In this document: in pieces, positions 1 through 10,366 of the stretch | Layout: each line of letters begins with the position of its first letter | How positions within the stretch are numbered: position 1 is the stretch's first letter | Origin: an uncultured Gemmatimonadales bacterium | Lineage (GTDB): Bacteria > Gemmatimonadota > Gemmatimonadetes > Gemmatimonadales > GWC2-71-9 | Assembly: GCA_963812755.1 (NCBI GenBank) | Contig: CAWEWK010000026.1 | Location: 168,078-232,077, forward strand | Reading direction: 5' to 3' | Length of the DNA: 64,000 nt | Made by a program: the position numbers and the translations under genes | Notes under the pieces: generated by a model | Seen by the model: the letters and a program-made list of their open reading frames with translations, nothing else | Databases searched by the model: none | Told to the model about the DNA's origin: nothing

Positions 1-102
1 GCCCGGGTCGTCGTGCCGCGCGATCTCAGCGTAGACGAAGCCCGGCGCATGGGCGTTTTCCTGCTGACCCTGGCACCCGACTTCAAGCTGACGGGCCCTT
101 AG
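1..102 (+). CDS. 3' end of an unidentified CDS (partial, runs off the window start)
   Basis: The frame is open from nt 1 and ends at TAG 100-102. Third codon positions are G/C-rich. The tail reads ...DEARRMGVFLLTLAPDFKLTGP. No family recognised. Convergent with fabF. Confidence 0.3.
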   Translation, partial: ARVVVPRDLSVDEARRMGVFLLTLAPDFKLTGP

Positions 103-1340
103 GCCTCCCAGCGCCTGACGGCCAGGGTCACGTTGTGCCCTCCGAAGCCGAACGAATTGGAGAGCGCCACGTCGATCCTTCTCTCGACCTTGCGGTTGGG
201 GGCACAATCGAGGTCGCACTGCGGATCGGGGTTGAACTGGTTGATGGTGGGGGGAACCATTCCGCAGGTGGCCGACAAGAGAGCCACGGCGAACTCGAGC
301 GCTCCGGCGCCACCCAGCAGATGCCCGGTCATCGACTTGGTAGACCCGAAGACCAACTTGCGCGCCTGATCCCCGAAAACCGCCTTCACCGCCTCGGTCT
401 CCGCGATGTCTCCCTGCTCGGTCGAGGTCCCGTGGGCGTTGATGTATCCGACGTCCTTGGGATCGATGTGCCCGTCGGCCAGGCAGGCGCGCATGGCGCG
501 CTGGGCGCCCTCGCCGTGCTCCGCCGGTGCGGTGATGTGGTAGGCGTCGCCGGTGAGACCGTAGCCCAGCACTTCGCCCAAGATTCGCGCTCCCCGGGAC
601 TGAGCGTGCTCCAGGCTCTCCAGCACGACCACCGCGCCCCCGTCGCCCAGGACGAAGCCATCGCGATCGCGATCGAAGGGGCGGCTGGCGGATTCCGGTG
701 AATCGTTGCGGGTGGACAGGGCTTTCATGTTGGAGAACGCCGCGACCGTCAGCCCGGTGATCGCGGCCTCCGCTCCGCCGGTGACCATCGCGTCGGCGAC
801 GCCGTGGCGGATCAGGTTGAGCGATTCACCGATCGCGTGAGCCGACGATGCGCAGGCGGACACGGTGGCGAAGTTGGGACCCCTGAGGCCGTACCGGATG
901 GAGACCAGGCCCGCCGCGATGTCGGGAATGAACATCGGCACGAAGAAGGGCGATACCCGATCGGGGCCCTTGGTGACGAACAGCCTGCAGTTGTCCTCGT
1001 AGGTCTGCATCCCGCCGATCCCGCTCCCGATGACCACCCCGGTGCGATCGGGGGCCGGAAAGCGACCCTCCAGTCCCGCCTGGGCCACCGCCTGGTTGGC
1101 CGCGGCGAGGGCAAACTGCGCGAAGAGGTCGTAGCGGCGTGCTTCCTTGCGGTCGATGTACTGCAGGGGGTCGAAACCCTTCACCTCGCAGGCAAAGCGC
1201 ACCGACAATTGCTGGGGATCGAACTTGGTGATCGGTGCAGCGCCCGGCTGCCCAGCGAGCAACGCGTTCCAGGTCGATTCGACGTCCGTCCCTACCGGAG
1301 TCACCAGCCCGATGCCGGTGACGACTACGCGACGTGTCAA
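99..1340 (-). CDS. fabF: 3-oxoacyl-ACP synthase II (KAS II)
   Basis: 413 aa. N-terminus RRVVVTGIGLVTPVG, active-site Cys region ATVSACASS, and HGTSTxxGD and SFGFGGHN near the C-terminus. TTG start 1 nt after the acpP stop. Sits in the fab cluster. Confidence 0.95.
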   Translation of the reverse strand: MTRRVVVTGIGLVTPVGTDVESTWNALLAGQPGAAPITKFDPQQLSVRFACEVKGFDPLQYIDRKEARRYDLFAQFALAAANQAVAQAGLEGRFPAPDRTGVVIGSGIGGMQTYEDNCRLFVTKGPDRVSPFFVPMFIPDIAAGLVSIRYGLRGPNFATVSACASSAHAIGESLNLIRHGVADAMVTGGAEAAITGLTVAAFSNMKALSTRNDSPESASRPFDRDRDGFVLGDGGAVVVLESLEHAQSRGARILGEVLGYGLTGDAYHITAPAEHGEGAQRAMRACLADGHIDPKDVGYINAHGTSTEQGDIAETEAVKAVFGDQARKLVFGSTKSMTGHLLGGAGALEFAVALLSATCGMVPPTINQFNPDPQCDLDCAPNRKVERRIDVALSNSFGFGGHNVTLAVRRWEA

Positions 1341-1341
1341 G

Positions 1342-1581
1342 TTACTTTCCGATCTTCTCGTGCAGGTAATTCATGGCATCGCCCACGGTGCGGAGCTTTT
1401 CCGCGTCCTCGTCGGGAATGTCGATATCGAACTCCTTCTCGAACGCCATGACGAGCTCCACCGTGTCCAAGCTGTCCGCGCCCAGGTCCTCCATGAAGCT
1501 GGCTTCACTGGTCAGCTTCTCGCGCTCCACGCCCAGCTCCTCGACGATGATGTCCTTGACCTTCTCTTCGACGTTGCTCAT
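1342..1581 (-). CDS. acpP: acyl carrier protein
   Basis: 79 aa. [17 protein letters not shown] phosphopantetheine-attachment motif. Lies between fabG and fabF. Confidence 0.97.
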   Translation of the reverse strand: MSNVEEKVKDIIVEELGVEREKLTSEASFMEDLGADSLDTVELVMAFEKEFDIDIPDEDAEKLRTVGDAMNYLHEKIGK

Positions 1582-1611
1582 GTCGTCCTCGATTGGAGTT
1601 TCAGGGTCACT

Positions 1612-2352
1612 CTAAATGACCATGCCGCCGTCGACCACCAGCACTTGTCCGGTGATGTATCCCGCCAAATCGGAAACCAGAAACAGCACCGCCGCGGCCA
1701 CGTCTTCGGGGCGCCCCAGCCGTCCCAGGGCGATGCCCTCTAATAAGGTGGCCCTCGCCGCATCGGGCAAGGCGCCGGTCATGTCGGTTTCGATGAAGCC
1801 GGGCGCAATGCAATTGACCAGGATGCCGCGGCTGGCGTACTCCTTGGCCACACTCTTGGTAAAGCCGATCAATCCGGCCTTGCTGGCCGCGTAGTTGGCC
1901 TGTCCTTTGTTGCCGGTGAGGCCGACGATGCTGCTGATGTTCACGATGCGGCCGGACCGGCGCTTCATCATCCCCTTGATCGCCGCGCGGGTGGTGTGAA
2001 AGGCGCCCTTGAGATTGGCGTCGAGTACCGCGTCCCAGTCCGCCTCACTCAACCGCAAAAGAATATTATCGCGGGTGAGACCGGCGTTGTTCACCAGGAT
2101 GTCGATCGGGCCCAGCGCCGCTTCGGCTGCCGCCATGGCCGCCTCCACCTGCTCCGCCACCGCGACGTCACAGGCCGCCCCTGTGGCGCGGTCACCCAGC
2201 TCGGCCGCGATGCTCTTGGCCCGCTCGGCATCGCGACCCACGATCGCCACTTTGGCGCCGGCGCCGTGGAGCGTCCGCGCGATCGCCAGTCCGATGCCGC
2301 GAGTACTGCCGGTGACGAAGGCGGTCTTGCCGCTGAGATCGATGCGGTTCAC
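1612..2352 (-). CDS. fabG: 3-oxoacyl-ACP reductase (SDR)
   Basis: 246 aa. TGSTRGIG cofactor motif, NNAG, and the YAASKAG catalytic YxxxK. 4-nt overlap with the fabD stop. Confidence 0.93.
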   Translation of the reverse strand: MNRIDLSGKTAFVTGSTRGIGLAIARTLHGAGAKVAIVGRDAERAKSIAAELGDRATGAACDVAVAEQVEAAMAAAEAALGPIDILVNNAGLTRDNILLRLSEADWDAVLDANLKGAFHTTRAAIKGMMKRRSGRIVNISSIVGLTGNKGQANYAASKAGLIGFTKSVAKEYASRGILVNCIAPGFIETDMTGALPDAARATLLEGIALGRLGRPEDVAAAVLFLVSDLAGYITGQVLVVDGGMVI

Positions 2353-3284
2353 GCCGGCTCCGCGAGGAACCGCTCGATCTCGTCCGCGGTTCCGAGAGTC
2401 AGGGTAGCGGCTCCCGGCACGATGCGTTTGAGCAAACCCGAAAGCACGTTACCCGGTCCCACCTCGACGAACCTTGCACCAGGTGCCAGCGTCGCGGCGG
2501 CCTGCATGCAGGCCACCCAGCGGACCGGCGCGGTGAGCTGGTCGGCCAGCAATCTCTTCGCGTCCAAGCCGGTGCGGACCGCCTCGCCGCTGGCGTTGGC
2601 GAGCACCGGGAACGCGGGGTCCTTGAAGTCCGCTTCGGCCAGCGCGTCCCGGAGTCCGTCCACCGCCGGCGCCATGAGCGGAGAGTGAAAGGCGCCGCTC
2701 ACCTTGAGCGGCACGACCCGCTTGGCGCCGCGCGCCTTGCACTGGTCGCCTGCGCGGGCGACGGTCGGCGGATCGCCCGACACCACCGTCTGATCCGGTG
2801 CATTGAGGTTGGCCGCCACCGCCACCCCGCCTTCGCTCGACGCCGCGTTGCAGGCGGCCTCCACTTCGGCGGTAGCCAGTCCCAACACCGCGGCCATGGC
2901 CCCGGGCCGCTCCTGGCCGGCGGCGTACATGAGATCGCCCCGCCGCCGAACCAGTCGGGCGGCGTCGGTGGCGCTGAGGGTGCCGGCCGCGACGTGGGCG
3001 CTGTATTCCCCCAGGCTGTGACCTGCCGCGGCGCGTGGCGCGGTGAGCCGGGAGCCGAGCACTGCGAGGACCGCTGCCGAATGGGCCAGGATGGCGGGTT
3101 GGGCATTGTGGGTCCGGGTGAGCTCGTCCTCCGGCCCTTCCCACATGATGCGGGAGAGCGGCGCGCTCAAGGCGTCGTCGATCTCGGCAAAGGCGTCCCG
3201 AGCCTCGACAAAGCGATCGGCGAGATCCTTGCCCATGCCGACTCGCTGCGCCCCCTGGCCGGGGAACATCAGCACACTCACCAC
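2349..3284 (-). CDS. fabD: malonyl-CoA:ACP transacylase
   Basis: 311 aa. FPGQGAQ and the GHSLGEYSA active-site Ser motif. GTG start. Confidence 0.93.
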   Translation of the reverse strand: MVSVLMFPGQGAQRVGMGKDLADRFVEARDAFAEIDDALSAPLSRIMWEGPEDELTRTHNAQPAILAHSAAVLAVLGSRLTAPRAAAGHSLGEYSAHVAAGTLSATDAARLVRRRGDLMYAAGQERPGAMAAVLGLATAEVEAACNAASSEGGVAVAANLNAPDQTVVSGDPPTVARAGDQCKARGAKRVVPLKVSGAFHSPLMAPAVDGLRDALAEADFKDPAFPVLANASGEAVRTGLDAKRLLADQLTAPVRWVACMQAAATLAPGARFVEVGPGNVLSGLLKRIVPGAATLTLGTADEIERFLAEPA

Positions 3285-4270
3285 CGGATCAGGGCGCTGC
3301 CCCAGCTGAACCCGGCCCCGAACGCGACTAGTAGGACCAGCGAACCCGGCTTTACCCGTCCCTCCTCCAACGCCTGGCCGAGGGCCAGCGGAATCGACGC
3401 GGATGAGGTGTTGCCGTAGCGATCGAGATTGACCATGACCTTCGACATGGGTATCCCGGCGTGCTTGGCCGTGGCTTCGATGATCCGAAGATTGGCCTGG
3501 TGGGGGATCAGCAGGTCTACGTCATCTGCCGAGAGACCAGCCCCTCGGAGGACTTGCTCGCAGGCTTCGGCCATGGCCAGCACCGCGGCCTTGAACACCT
3601 CCCGTCCGGCCATCTTCATGTAATGGGACCGCTCGCAGACCACCTTCTCGCTGATCGGGTCGGCGGAGCCGCCGCCGGGTCGGTACAGGAGCGGAGCGAG
3701 CCGACCGTCCGACTTCAGGAAGGTCGAGAGAATGCCCCGCCCATTGCCGGAGGAGCGTCGCACGACCGATGCACCGGCGCCATCGCCGAACAGGATCGCG
3801 GTCGAGCGGTCCTGGAAATCGGTGATGGTCGAGAGCTTCTCCGCGCCGACGACCAGAAGGTTCTTCGAGTGCCCCGAGGCAACCAACCCTTCCGCCACGG
3901 TGAGCGCGTAGACGAAGCCGGGACAGGCGGCGGCGACGTCGAAGGCGGCGGCGTTGTGGGCACCGAGCAAGGCCTGAAGATCGCAAGCAGTGCCGGGCAG
4001 CAGCCGGTCGGGACTCGCGGTGGCAACCACGATGGTATCGATGTCTTCGACCCCGAGCCCCGCCTTCGCCAGCGCCTGCTCACTGGCCTCCCGGCTCAAC
4101 ATGGCCACGCTCTGTTCCGGGCCGGCGATCCGCCGCTCCCGGATGCCGGTCCGCTCGACGATCCACTGATCGGAGGTGTCCAGCATGCGACTGAGGTCGT
4201 GGTTGGTCAGCACCCCGGGTGGGACCGCGACTCCCACGCTCGCTACTTCGGCAATGGGCCGCGTCATCAT
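3278..4270 (-). CDS. fabH: 3-oxoacyl-ACP synthase III (KAS III)
   Basis: ORF 3278..4585 trimmed to the MMTRPIAEV start at 4270/4267, which overlaps the plsX TGA (ATGA). AAACPGF Cys region, HQANLRI and GNTSSASIP. The 105-aa upstream extension lies inside plsX and is Arg/Pro-rich junk. Confidence 0.9.
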   Translation of the reverse strand: MMTRPIAEVASVGVAVPPGVLTNHDLSRMLDTSDQWIVERTGIRERRIAGPEQSVAMLSREASEQALAKAGLGVEDIDTIVVATASPDRLLPGTACDLQALLGAHNAAAFDVAAACPGFVYALTVAEGLVASGHSKNLLVVGAEKLSTITDFQDRSTAILFGDGAGASVVRRSSGNGRGILSTFLKSDGRLAPLLYRPGGGSADPISEKVVCERSHYMKMAGREVFKAAVLAMAEACEQVLRGAGLSADDVDLLIPHQANLRIIEATAKHAGIPMSKVMVNLDRYGNTSSASIPLALGQALEEGRVKPGSLVLLVAFGAGFSWGSALIRW

Positions 4271-5280
4271 GGGCTGGCCGCGGATTCCCGCTGGGCGAAT
4301 TCGGTGCCGATGTGCTGGCTCAGACCGGCCCGCACCGCCTGGACGGCGACCCGGACGGCATTCTTGATGGCATTGGGCGTGGAGGCGCCGTGACAGATGA
4401 TGGAAACGCCACGCACCCCGAGCAACGGCGCACCGCCATACTCGGAATAGTCCAGATGGCGAACCAGGTCGCGAATCACCGGCCGCTCGAAAACATCGGG
4501 AACTCGATCCCGGATGAGCCCCACGAACAACCGGGCGGCGGACTCGTAGAACTTGAGGACCACATTGCCCACGAACCCGTCGCACACGACGACGTCCACC
4601 GGGATCCGCTGCTGCGGGCCCGGCAGGATGTCGCGCCCCTCGATGTTGCCCACGTAGTTGATGCGAGGAGCCTGCTTCAACAGCTGATGGGCCTCACGGA
4701 CCAGCGTGGTACCCTTCTCCTCCTCCTCGCCCATGTTGAGCAGACCCACCGCGGGCTTGGCCCGCCCCAACAGGTCCCGCATGTAGACGGTGCCGAGGTA
4801 CGCGAAGCCGACCAGCTCCCGGGCGGAACAGTCCACGTTGGCGCCGGCGTCGAGAACCAGCACGGGCTCGGTTCCGGTGGGAAAGAGGGTCGCTACGGTG
4901 GCGCGTTCCACGCCGTCGTAGAGTCCCAGAAGCACGGTGGATGCAGCCAGCATGGCGCCGGTGTTGCCGGCGGAGACGAACGCATCGGAGCGTCCGGCCT
5001 TCTGCAGGCCGAGACCCACGACGATGCTGGAGTTGGGTTTGCGGCGCACTGCGGCGAGCGGCTTTTCCGCCATGCCGATGACGTCAGCCGCCTCGTGGAT
5101 CTCGAGCCGGTCGCGGGGAACACTCGAATGCTTGGCGAGCTCGCTTTCGATGGCCTGGGAGCGACCCACCAACTGAACCTGGAAGTCGTTCGGCAGACTG
5201 TCGATCGCCTGGAGAACTCCGGCGATTTCCGACTGTGGGGCACTGTCCCCCCCCATCGCGTCCACCGCGACGCGGATCAC
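4267..5280 (-). CDS. plsX: phosphate acyltransferase PlsX
   Basis: 337 aa. IRVAVDAMGGD N-terminus and the conserved rpmF-plsX-fabH order. Confidence 0.92.
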   Translation of the reverse strand: MIRVAVDAMGGDSAPQSEIAGVLQAIDSLPNDFQVQLVGRSQAIESELAKHSSVPRDRLEIHEAADVIGMAEKPLAAVRRKPNSSIVVGLGLQKAGRSDAFVSAGNTGAMLAASTVLLGLYDGVERATVATLFPTGTEPVLVLDAGANVDCSARELVGFAYLGTVYMRDLLGRAKPAVGLLNMGEEEEKGTTLVREAHQLLKQAPRINYVGNIEGRDILPGPQQRIPVDVVVCDGFVGNVVLKFYESAARLFVGLIRDRVPDVFERPVIRDLVRHLDYSEYGGAPLLGVRGVSIICHGASTPNAIKNAVRVAVQAVRAGLSQHIGTEFAQRESAASP

Positions 5281-5282
5281 GC

Positions 5283-5465
5283 TCAGGCGTCCTCGACCTC
5301 GACCTGCTTCTTGCCCCGGTAGTACCCGCAGGAATCACAGACACGGTGAGGAAGCTTGGGAGAGCCACACCTCGGGCAGGCCTGGGTGCGGATGCCCGCC
5401 GCGGTGTGATTGCCGCGACGCAGACGCTTCCGGGATTTGGAGGTTCGACGCTTGGGTACCGCCAT
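5283..5465 (-). CDS. rpmF: 50S ribosomal protein L32
   Basis: 60 aa. [15 protein letters not shown]-terminus and a CPRCG...CDSCG zinc ribbon. Confidence 0.95.
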   Translation of the reverse strand: MAVPKRRTSKSRKRLRRGNHTAAGIRTQACPRCGSPKLPHRVCDSCGYYRGKKQVEVEDA

Positions 5466-5473
5466 GAGGTCCT

Positions 5474-5950
5474 CTACACAGGTTCGGCGGGTACCCGGCA
5501 GCCGCAGGGTCCCGCGTTCAGGTCAGCCCCGCATCGGGGACAGAGTCCGGCACAGTCGTCCCGGCACAGCAGCAGTTGGGCCCGGACGGCGAGTCCCATC
5601 TCCTCCCGCACCACCTGGGAGAGGTCGACCGTCGTGGCGCGCGCCGGCAAGGGGTAAAAATCAGGATGGTCCGCCGCCTCGGGATCGGTGCTGAACATCG
5701 CGGCGTCGACCTCCACATCCACCTCGTCCACAACCTCGGTCAGGCAGCGGCGGCATTCTCCCCGGACCACGCCGTGGATCCTACCACGCCAGAGATACTC
5801 GCCTTCACCGGTGGCCTGGATCTGGCCCCTCACCTCGACCTGCCCCAGGAGCCCGAGATCCAATCCTTCGAACGCCGGATCGTCGGGCGCCAACTGCCCG
5901 ACGGTCGGCACGGGACCCCGCTGGAGGTCCCGGATATCCACTCGCAGCAT
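5474..5950 (-). CDS. yceD: YceD/DUF177 family protein (23S rRNA accumulation protein-like)
   Basis: 158 aa. C-terminal [17 protein letters not shown] cluster. Canonical position upstream of rpmF. Confidence 0.8.
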   Translation of the reverse strand: MLRVDIRDLQRGPVPTVGQLAPDDPAFEGLDLGLLGQVEVRGQIQATGEGEYLWRGRIHGVVRGECRRCLTEVVDEVDVEVDAAMFSTDPEAADHPDFYPLPARATTVDLSQVVREEMGLAVRAQLLLCRDDCAGLCPRCGADLNAGPCGCRVPAEPV

Positions 5951-6031
5951 AGCCGGGCAAGATACTCTGAAGCAGCCTCAAAAACCAGGGACGAAAACAG
6001 CGCTAAGTGCTTAGCCCTCAGCACTAAGGGG

Positions 6032-6454
6032 CTATCCCCACAACCCTGCCAGCTCCCCCTCACTGAAGAAGAATCCCACCTCTCGCGCGGCGTTCTCCGC
6101 GCTGTCGGAGGCGTGGATCGCATTCCGGCCTTTATCCTCGGCGTAGAGCTTTCGGATGGTCCCTGCCGCGGCCTCTGCCGGGTCGGTAGCCCCGATGACC
6201 GTCCGCAGGTGGGCCACAGCGTCAGCTCGCTCGAGCGCCATCGGCAGACAGGGGGCGCTGGTCATGAATTCGACCAGTCCGGCATAGAACGGGCGTTCAC
6301 GATGCACCGCGTAAAAGGCGCCGGCCTCGGCACGGGTCAGCCGGACCAGCCGCGCCGCACGGACGGTAAATCCGGCGCCTTCGAGGTGGGCGATGATTTT
6401 CCCGGTTTTGCCGGCACCTACCGCGTCGGGTTTGATGATGCCAAGGGTCAGCAC
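6032..6454 (-). CDS. ndk: nucleoside diphosphate kinase
   Basis: 140 aa. GIIKPDAV and NAIHASDS (catalytic His). GTG start with an AGGAG-containing Shine-Dalgarno 6 nt upstream. Confidence 0.95.
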   Translation of the reverse strand: MLTLGIIKPDAVGAGKTGKIIAHLEGAGFTVRAARLVRLTRAEAGAFYAVHRERPFYAGLVEFMTSAPCLPMALERADAVAHLRTVIGATDPAEAAAGTIRKLYAEDKGRNAIHASDSAENAAREVGFFFSEGELAGLWG

Positions 6455-6468
6455 GAATTCTCCTCTCG

Positions 6469-7371
6469 CTACCTGCCGAGAACCTTTTTGACAATGTCCG
6501 ATCGAGTCAGGAACCCACTCAGCAATCCATCCCTGACCACCGGAACCCGGCCGACATCCTTGGTGGCGAGCAGTTGAGCCACGTCGGCCACGGATTGGTC
6601 CTCCGAAACGCAGAGAACGTTGCGGGCCATGGCCTCCCGAACCGGTGTGTTGCGCGGGTCGATGGCGCGGGTTGGACGAGGGTCGGTCCGCACCGGAAAC
6701 TCGCCGGTCGTGAGGCGCTGCATGTACGCCGGCACCAGGTGGCGAAGCAACTCCCGATGGGACAGCAGACCCACCACCTCGCCGGAGGTCCCCACCACCG
6801 GCACCGCGTCGACTCCGTGCCGCATGAGAACCTGAGCGGCCTCGCCCAGGGGCAGCTCCGGACCCACGCTCACGACCTGAGTGGTCATGATATCCCGCAC
6901 CAGCAGGCTTCCCTGGAGCTCGATCTCCGCGAGTGGGCCGAGGCCAAGAACCTCATCGCCGGTCTTCGCCGCGAGCAGGCCGGCGGCTACGTCGGGCCGG
7001 GAAAGCGCGCGCGCAAACGCGGCGACGGTCTGGAGGTAGGCCGCCGCCTCCCCGGGCGACGCAATCACCAGCAACACCATGCGCCGGCCGGGGTCACTCC
7101 CCTCCGCGGTCAATGGCTGGGGCGCTATACCAAGGGCGGCGACCACACCTCGCACCGCGTCGGTGCGAAAGTGCGGCAGCCAGGCGTGCGGTCCCAGGCT
7201 CATGGTGTCTTCGGGCCAGCTCTGCCTGATCGTCCGCTCCAGCCGGCCTTGGTCCGCCACCCGCCCATCGGCGACGCAGGCATCCACCAGGATCCGCATG
7301 GCGTCGGCAAGGGTCGTCGCGGCGAGCGGTACCACCACCCGCCGGGGGCTGAGGAAGTCGATCAGTCTCAC
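6469..7371 (-). CDS. PTS EIIA(Ntr)-like domain fused to a CBS pair (regulatory protein)
   Basis: 300 aa. The N-terminal ~150 aa resemble PTS_EIIA_2, with an [11 protein letters not shown] His loop. The C-terminal half has two CBS-like repeats ([12 protein letters not shown]..., [12 protein letters not shown]...GRVPVV). The GTG start overlaps the sucD stop (GTGA). Confidence 0.65.
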   Translation of the reverse strand: MRLIDFLSPRRVVVPLAATTLADAMRILVDACVADGRVADQGRLERTIRQSWPEDTMSLGPHAWLPHFRTDAVRGVVAALGIAPQPLTAEGSDPGRRMVLLVIASPGEAAAYLQTVAAFARALSRPDVAAGLLAAKTGDEVLGLGPLAEIELQGSLLVRDIMTTQVVSVGPELPLGEAAQVLMRHGVDAVPVVGTSGEVVGLLSHRELLRHLVPAYMQRLTTGEFPVRTDPRPTRAIDPRNTPVREAMARNVLCVSEDQSVADVAQLLATKDVGRVPVVRDGLLSGFLTRSDIVKKVLGR

Positions 7372-8237
7372 ATCTTCGACCGCAGCTGCTCCACGACGTC
7401 GACCGGCCGCCGCATGACGCCGATGCCCGCGGCTTCGAACGAGGCCAGCTTTTCCTCCGCGGTACCGGACGACCCCGAGATGATGGCGCCGGCGTGCCCC
7501 ATGCGGCGACCCTTGGGCGCGGTCTGCCCCGCGATGAAACCCACCACCGGCTTGGTGACGCTCGACTTCACGAAGGCGGCGGCGTTCTGCTCGTCGGTGC
7601 CGCCGATCTCTCCGATCATCACGATGGCGTCGGTGTCGGGATCGTCCTGGAAAGCTCGGAGACAGTCGATGAAGTTGGTCCCGATGATCGGATCGCCGCC
7701 GATGCCGACGCAGGTGCTCTGTCCGATGCGGTTGCGGGTGAGATGGTTGACCACTTCATAGGTGAGCGTGCCGCTGCGGGACACCAGCCCCACCCGGCCG
7801 GGGGAGCAGATGTTGCCGGGGATGATTCCGACCTTGCTCGACCCCGGGGTGATGAGTCCGGGGCAGTTGGGGCCGATCAGGCGGGCGGCTCTTGACCGCA
7901 CGAACGGCATGGTCCGCGCCATGTCCAGAACCGGTACCCCCTCGGTGATGCAGACGATGAGGCCGATGCCGGCGTCGGCTGCCTCCATGATTGCTCCCGC
8001 GGCCATGGCGGGAGGGACGTAGATCACCGACGTGTTGGCCCCGGTTGCAGCCACCGCTTCGGCGACCGTGTTGAAGACCGGGACCTTGCCCTCGAATTCC
8101 TGGCCGCCTTTGCCCGGGGTGACGCCGGCGACCACGGTGGTGCCGTACTCCAGCATCTGCCGGGCATGGAACGAACCCTCGCGCCCAGTGATGCCCTGCA
8201 CCACCAGGCGGGTATCCCGGCCGGCGAAGATGCTCAC
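7368..8237 (-). CDS. sucD: succinyl-CoA synthetase alpha subunit
   Basis: 289 aa. SRSGTLTYE and the [12 protein letters not shown] phospho-His motif. Confidence 0.96.
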   Translation of the reverse strand: MSIFAGRDTRLVVQGITGREGSFHARQMLEYGTTVVAGVTPGKGGQEFEGKVPVFNTVAEAVAATGANTSVIYVPPAMAAGAIMEAADAGIGLIVCITEGVPVLDMARTMPFVRSRAARLIGPNCPGLITPGSSKVGIIPGNICSPGRVGLVSRSGTLTYEVVNHLTRNRIGQSTCVGIGGDPIIGTNFIDCLRAFQDDPDTDAIVMIGEIGGTDEQNAAAFVKSSVTKPVVGFIAGQTAPKGRRMGHAGAIISGSSGTAEEKLASFEAAGIGVMRRPVDVVEQLRSKM

Positions 8238-9373
8238 GCTCCCCCCCGTGCCAGCTTGACCACCTGTTCGACCGCCTGATCCATGTCGCTCAGCGCGCGC
8301 ATGCCCACGCCCTCCAGAATGCGCAGCGCCTCCGCCTCGTTGGTGCCGGTCAGCCGGATCACGATAGGGACCGAGACCTTGAACTGCCGGGTGGCCGCGA
8401 CGATGCCGTTGGCCACGTCGTCGGTCCGGGTAATTCCCCCGAAGATGTTGAACAGGATCGCCTTCACGTTGGAATCGCTGGTGATGATCTTCAGCGCGTG
8501 AATGACCTTTTCGGGATTGGAGCTGCCACCGATGTCCAGGAAGTTGGCGGGCTCACCGCCGTAGTACTTGACCAGGTCCATCGTCGCCATGGCGAGGCCG
8601 GCGCCATTCACCACGCAGCCTACGTTACCGTCGAGCTTGATGAAGGAAAGGTTTGCCCGGCGGGCGGCCACCTCGCTGGGCTCCTCCGCCGTCTCGTCGC
8701 GCAGCAGCGCCAGATCGGGCCGGCGGTCGAGTTCATTGTCGTCGATGACGATCTTGGCATCGAGGGCCAGGACCCGGCCATCCGGCGTGGTCACCAGCGG
8801 GTTGATTTCAGCGAGCGAGGCCCCGTTGGCGGTAAATACCCCGTACAACTGTTCCATGATGCGCGCCGCCGCTCGCACGTGGGAAAACTCACGGTAGAGC
8901 CCGAACGCCAGGGTCAGGGCCTGGTGCGGCAGCAGTCCGTAGACCGGGTCCACCGGAAGGCGGGTGATCTTCTCCGGGGTGCGGGCGGCGACCTCCTCGA
9001 TGTCGACGCCACCGGCGGCGCTCACCATGAACACCGGCCGTTGGGTTTCCCGGTCCATGATGAGCCCTACATAACTCTCGGTGGCGATGTCGGCCGCGGG
9101 CACCACCAGGACCTTGTGAACGGTGAGCCCCTTAATGGTCATGCCCAGAATCTGAGAGGCATACTCCGCGGCTTCCCCCGGGTTGCGGGCCAGCTTCACC
9201 CCTCCGGCCTTGCCCCGGCCACCGGCGTGAACCTGAGCCTTGATCACGACCGTACCACCCAGGCGCCGGGCGATCGACTCCGCCTCAGTGGGCGTGGAGG
9301 CGACGTCGCCGTCGAACATCGGAATGCCCGCGGTCTTGAGGAGCACTCGAGCCTGGTACTCGTGTAGGTTCAC
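8234..9373 (-). CDS. sucC: succinyl-CoA synthetase beta subunit
   Basis: 379 aa. MNLHEYQA N-terminus and ATP-grasp layout. The GTG start overlaps the carbamate kinase stop. Confidence 0.96.
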   Translation of the reverse strand: MNLHEYQARVLLKTAGIPMFDGDVASTPTEAESIARRLGGTVVIKAQVHAGGRGKAGGVKLARNPGEAAEYASQILGMTIKGLTVHKVLVVPAADIATESYVGLIMDRETQRPVFMVSAAGGVDIEEVAARTPEKITRLPVDPVYGLLPHQALTLAFGLYREFSHVRAAARIMEQLYGVFTANGASLAEINPLVTTPDGRVLALDAKIVIDDNELDRRPDLALLRDETAEEPSEVAARRANLSFIKLDGNVGCVVNGAGLAMATMDLVKYYGGEPANFLDIGGSSNPEKVIHALKIITSDSNVKAILFNIFGGITRTDDVANGIVAATRQFKVSVPIVIRLTGTNEAEALRILEGVGMRALSDMDQAVEQVVKLARGGA

Positions 9374-10299
9374 CGTTCCCTCGTGATAGTCGTCCCGGTC
9401 TCACCGCGCAAAGCGGCGGGACCATCCGAGAGGCGCGCGATGATGGCTCGCCCGCCTCCCTCTCGAACGAATCCCGCTGCCGCCTCCATCTTGGGCTTCA
9501 TCCCGCCTTCGTCGAGCGACCCTGCCGCCATCATCGCTTCCGCCTCGGCCAAGGCCATTCTCCGAATCGGCCTCGCCGCCGCCGTCCCCCAACCCTCGAA
9601 GACCGCCTCGACGTTGGTGAGAATCATCAACACCTCGGCCTCCAGCTGCCGGGCCAGGATCGCGGCGACCCGGTCCTTGTCCACCACGGCGTCCAGCCCC
9701 TCGAGGCCCAGCAGCGGATCGTCGTACACCGGCGGCCCACCTCCGCCTGCGGCGATGACGATGGTCCCGCTCTCCAGCAGCCGCCTGATCGCCGGAAACT
9801 CGACGATGCCGAGCGGAATGGGACTGGTCGCCATTCGCCGCCATTCGCCCGAACCGTCCCGCCCTACCGTGCGGCCCAGCTCGCGGAGCCGAGCGGCCTG
9901 GGAGTCGCTGAGTGCGTGTCCCACCGGCTTGGTGGGCCGGCTCAACGCCGGATCGTACCGATCGACCAGCGTCTGAGTGACCAGCGTGACGACCTCGCGG
10001 CGCACCCCGCGGGTGGCGAGCGCATTCTGGAGCGACTGCTGGAGCATGTACCCGATCCAGCCCGCGGTCTCCGCTACCAGCACGCCGAGCGGCAACGGCT
10101 CGACCAGACGGCGGGCGGCTTCGTTTCGAACCAGCTCGTCGCCCACCTGGGGGCCGTTCCCATGCACCACCACGATCCGCCAGTCCTGGCGGGCCAGCTC
10201 CACGATCGGCGCGACACTCTCCCGCGCGTGCCGGAACTGATTGGTGACGGTGGCCGGCTCGCCCGCGCGGGCCAACGCATTGCCGCCGAGTGCCAGCAC
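9370..10299 (-). CDS. arcC: carbamate kinase
   Basis: 309 aa. ALGGNAL, VVVHGNGPQVG, and C-terminal GGMKPKMEAA. The start may be the in-frame CTG at 10311 (see findings). Confidence 0.85.
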   Translation of the reverse strand: MLALGGNALARAGEPATVTNQFRHARESVAPIVELARQDWRIVVVHGNGPQVGDELVRNEAARRLVEPLPLGVLVAETAGWIGYMLQQSLQNALATRGVRREVVTLVTQTLVDRYDPALSRPTKPVGHALSDSQAARLRELGRTVGRDGSGEWRRMATSPIPLGIVEFPAIRRLLESGTIVIAAGGGGPPVYDDPLLGLEGLDAVVDKDRVAAILARQLEAEVLMILTNVEAVFEGWGTAAARPIRRMALAEAEAMMAAGSLDEGGMKPKMEAAAGFVREGGGRAIIARLSDGPAALRGETGTTITRER

Positions 10300-10366
10300 G
10301 GCCGTCTTCAGATCGACCCCCGGAAAAAGCCCTGCAAGCTAGTTTCGGCCTCCGAGGCGAGCAAGC

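Noticed and set aside
5951-6031. Possible terminator after ndk (GCTAAG..CTTAGC and CTTAG..CTAAG pairings)
   Set aside because: The stems are only 5-6 bp, with a sterically too-small loop or competing alternatives, and there is no convincing T-tract. Not called.
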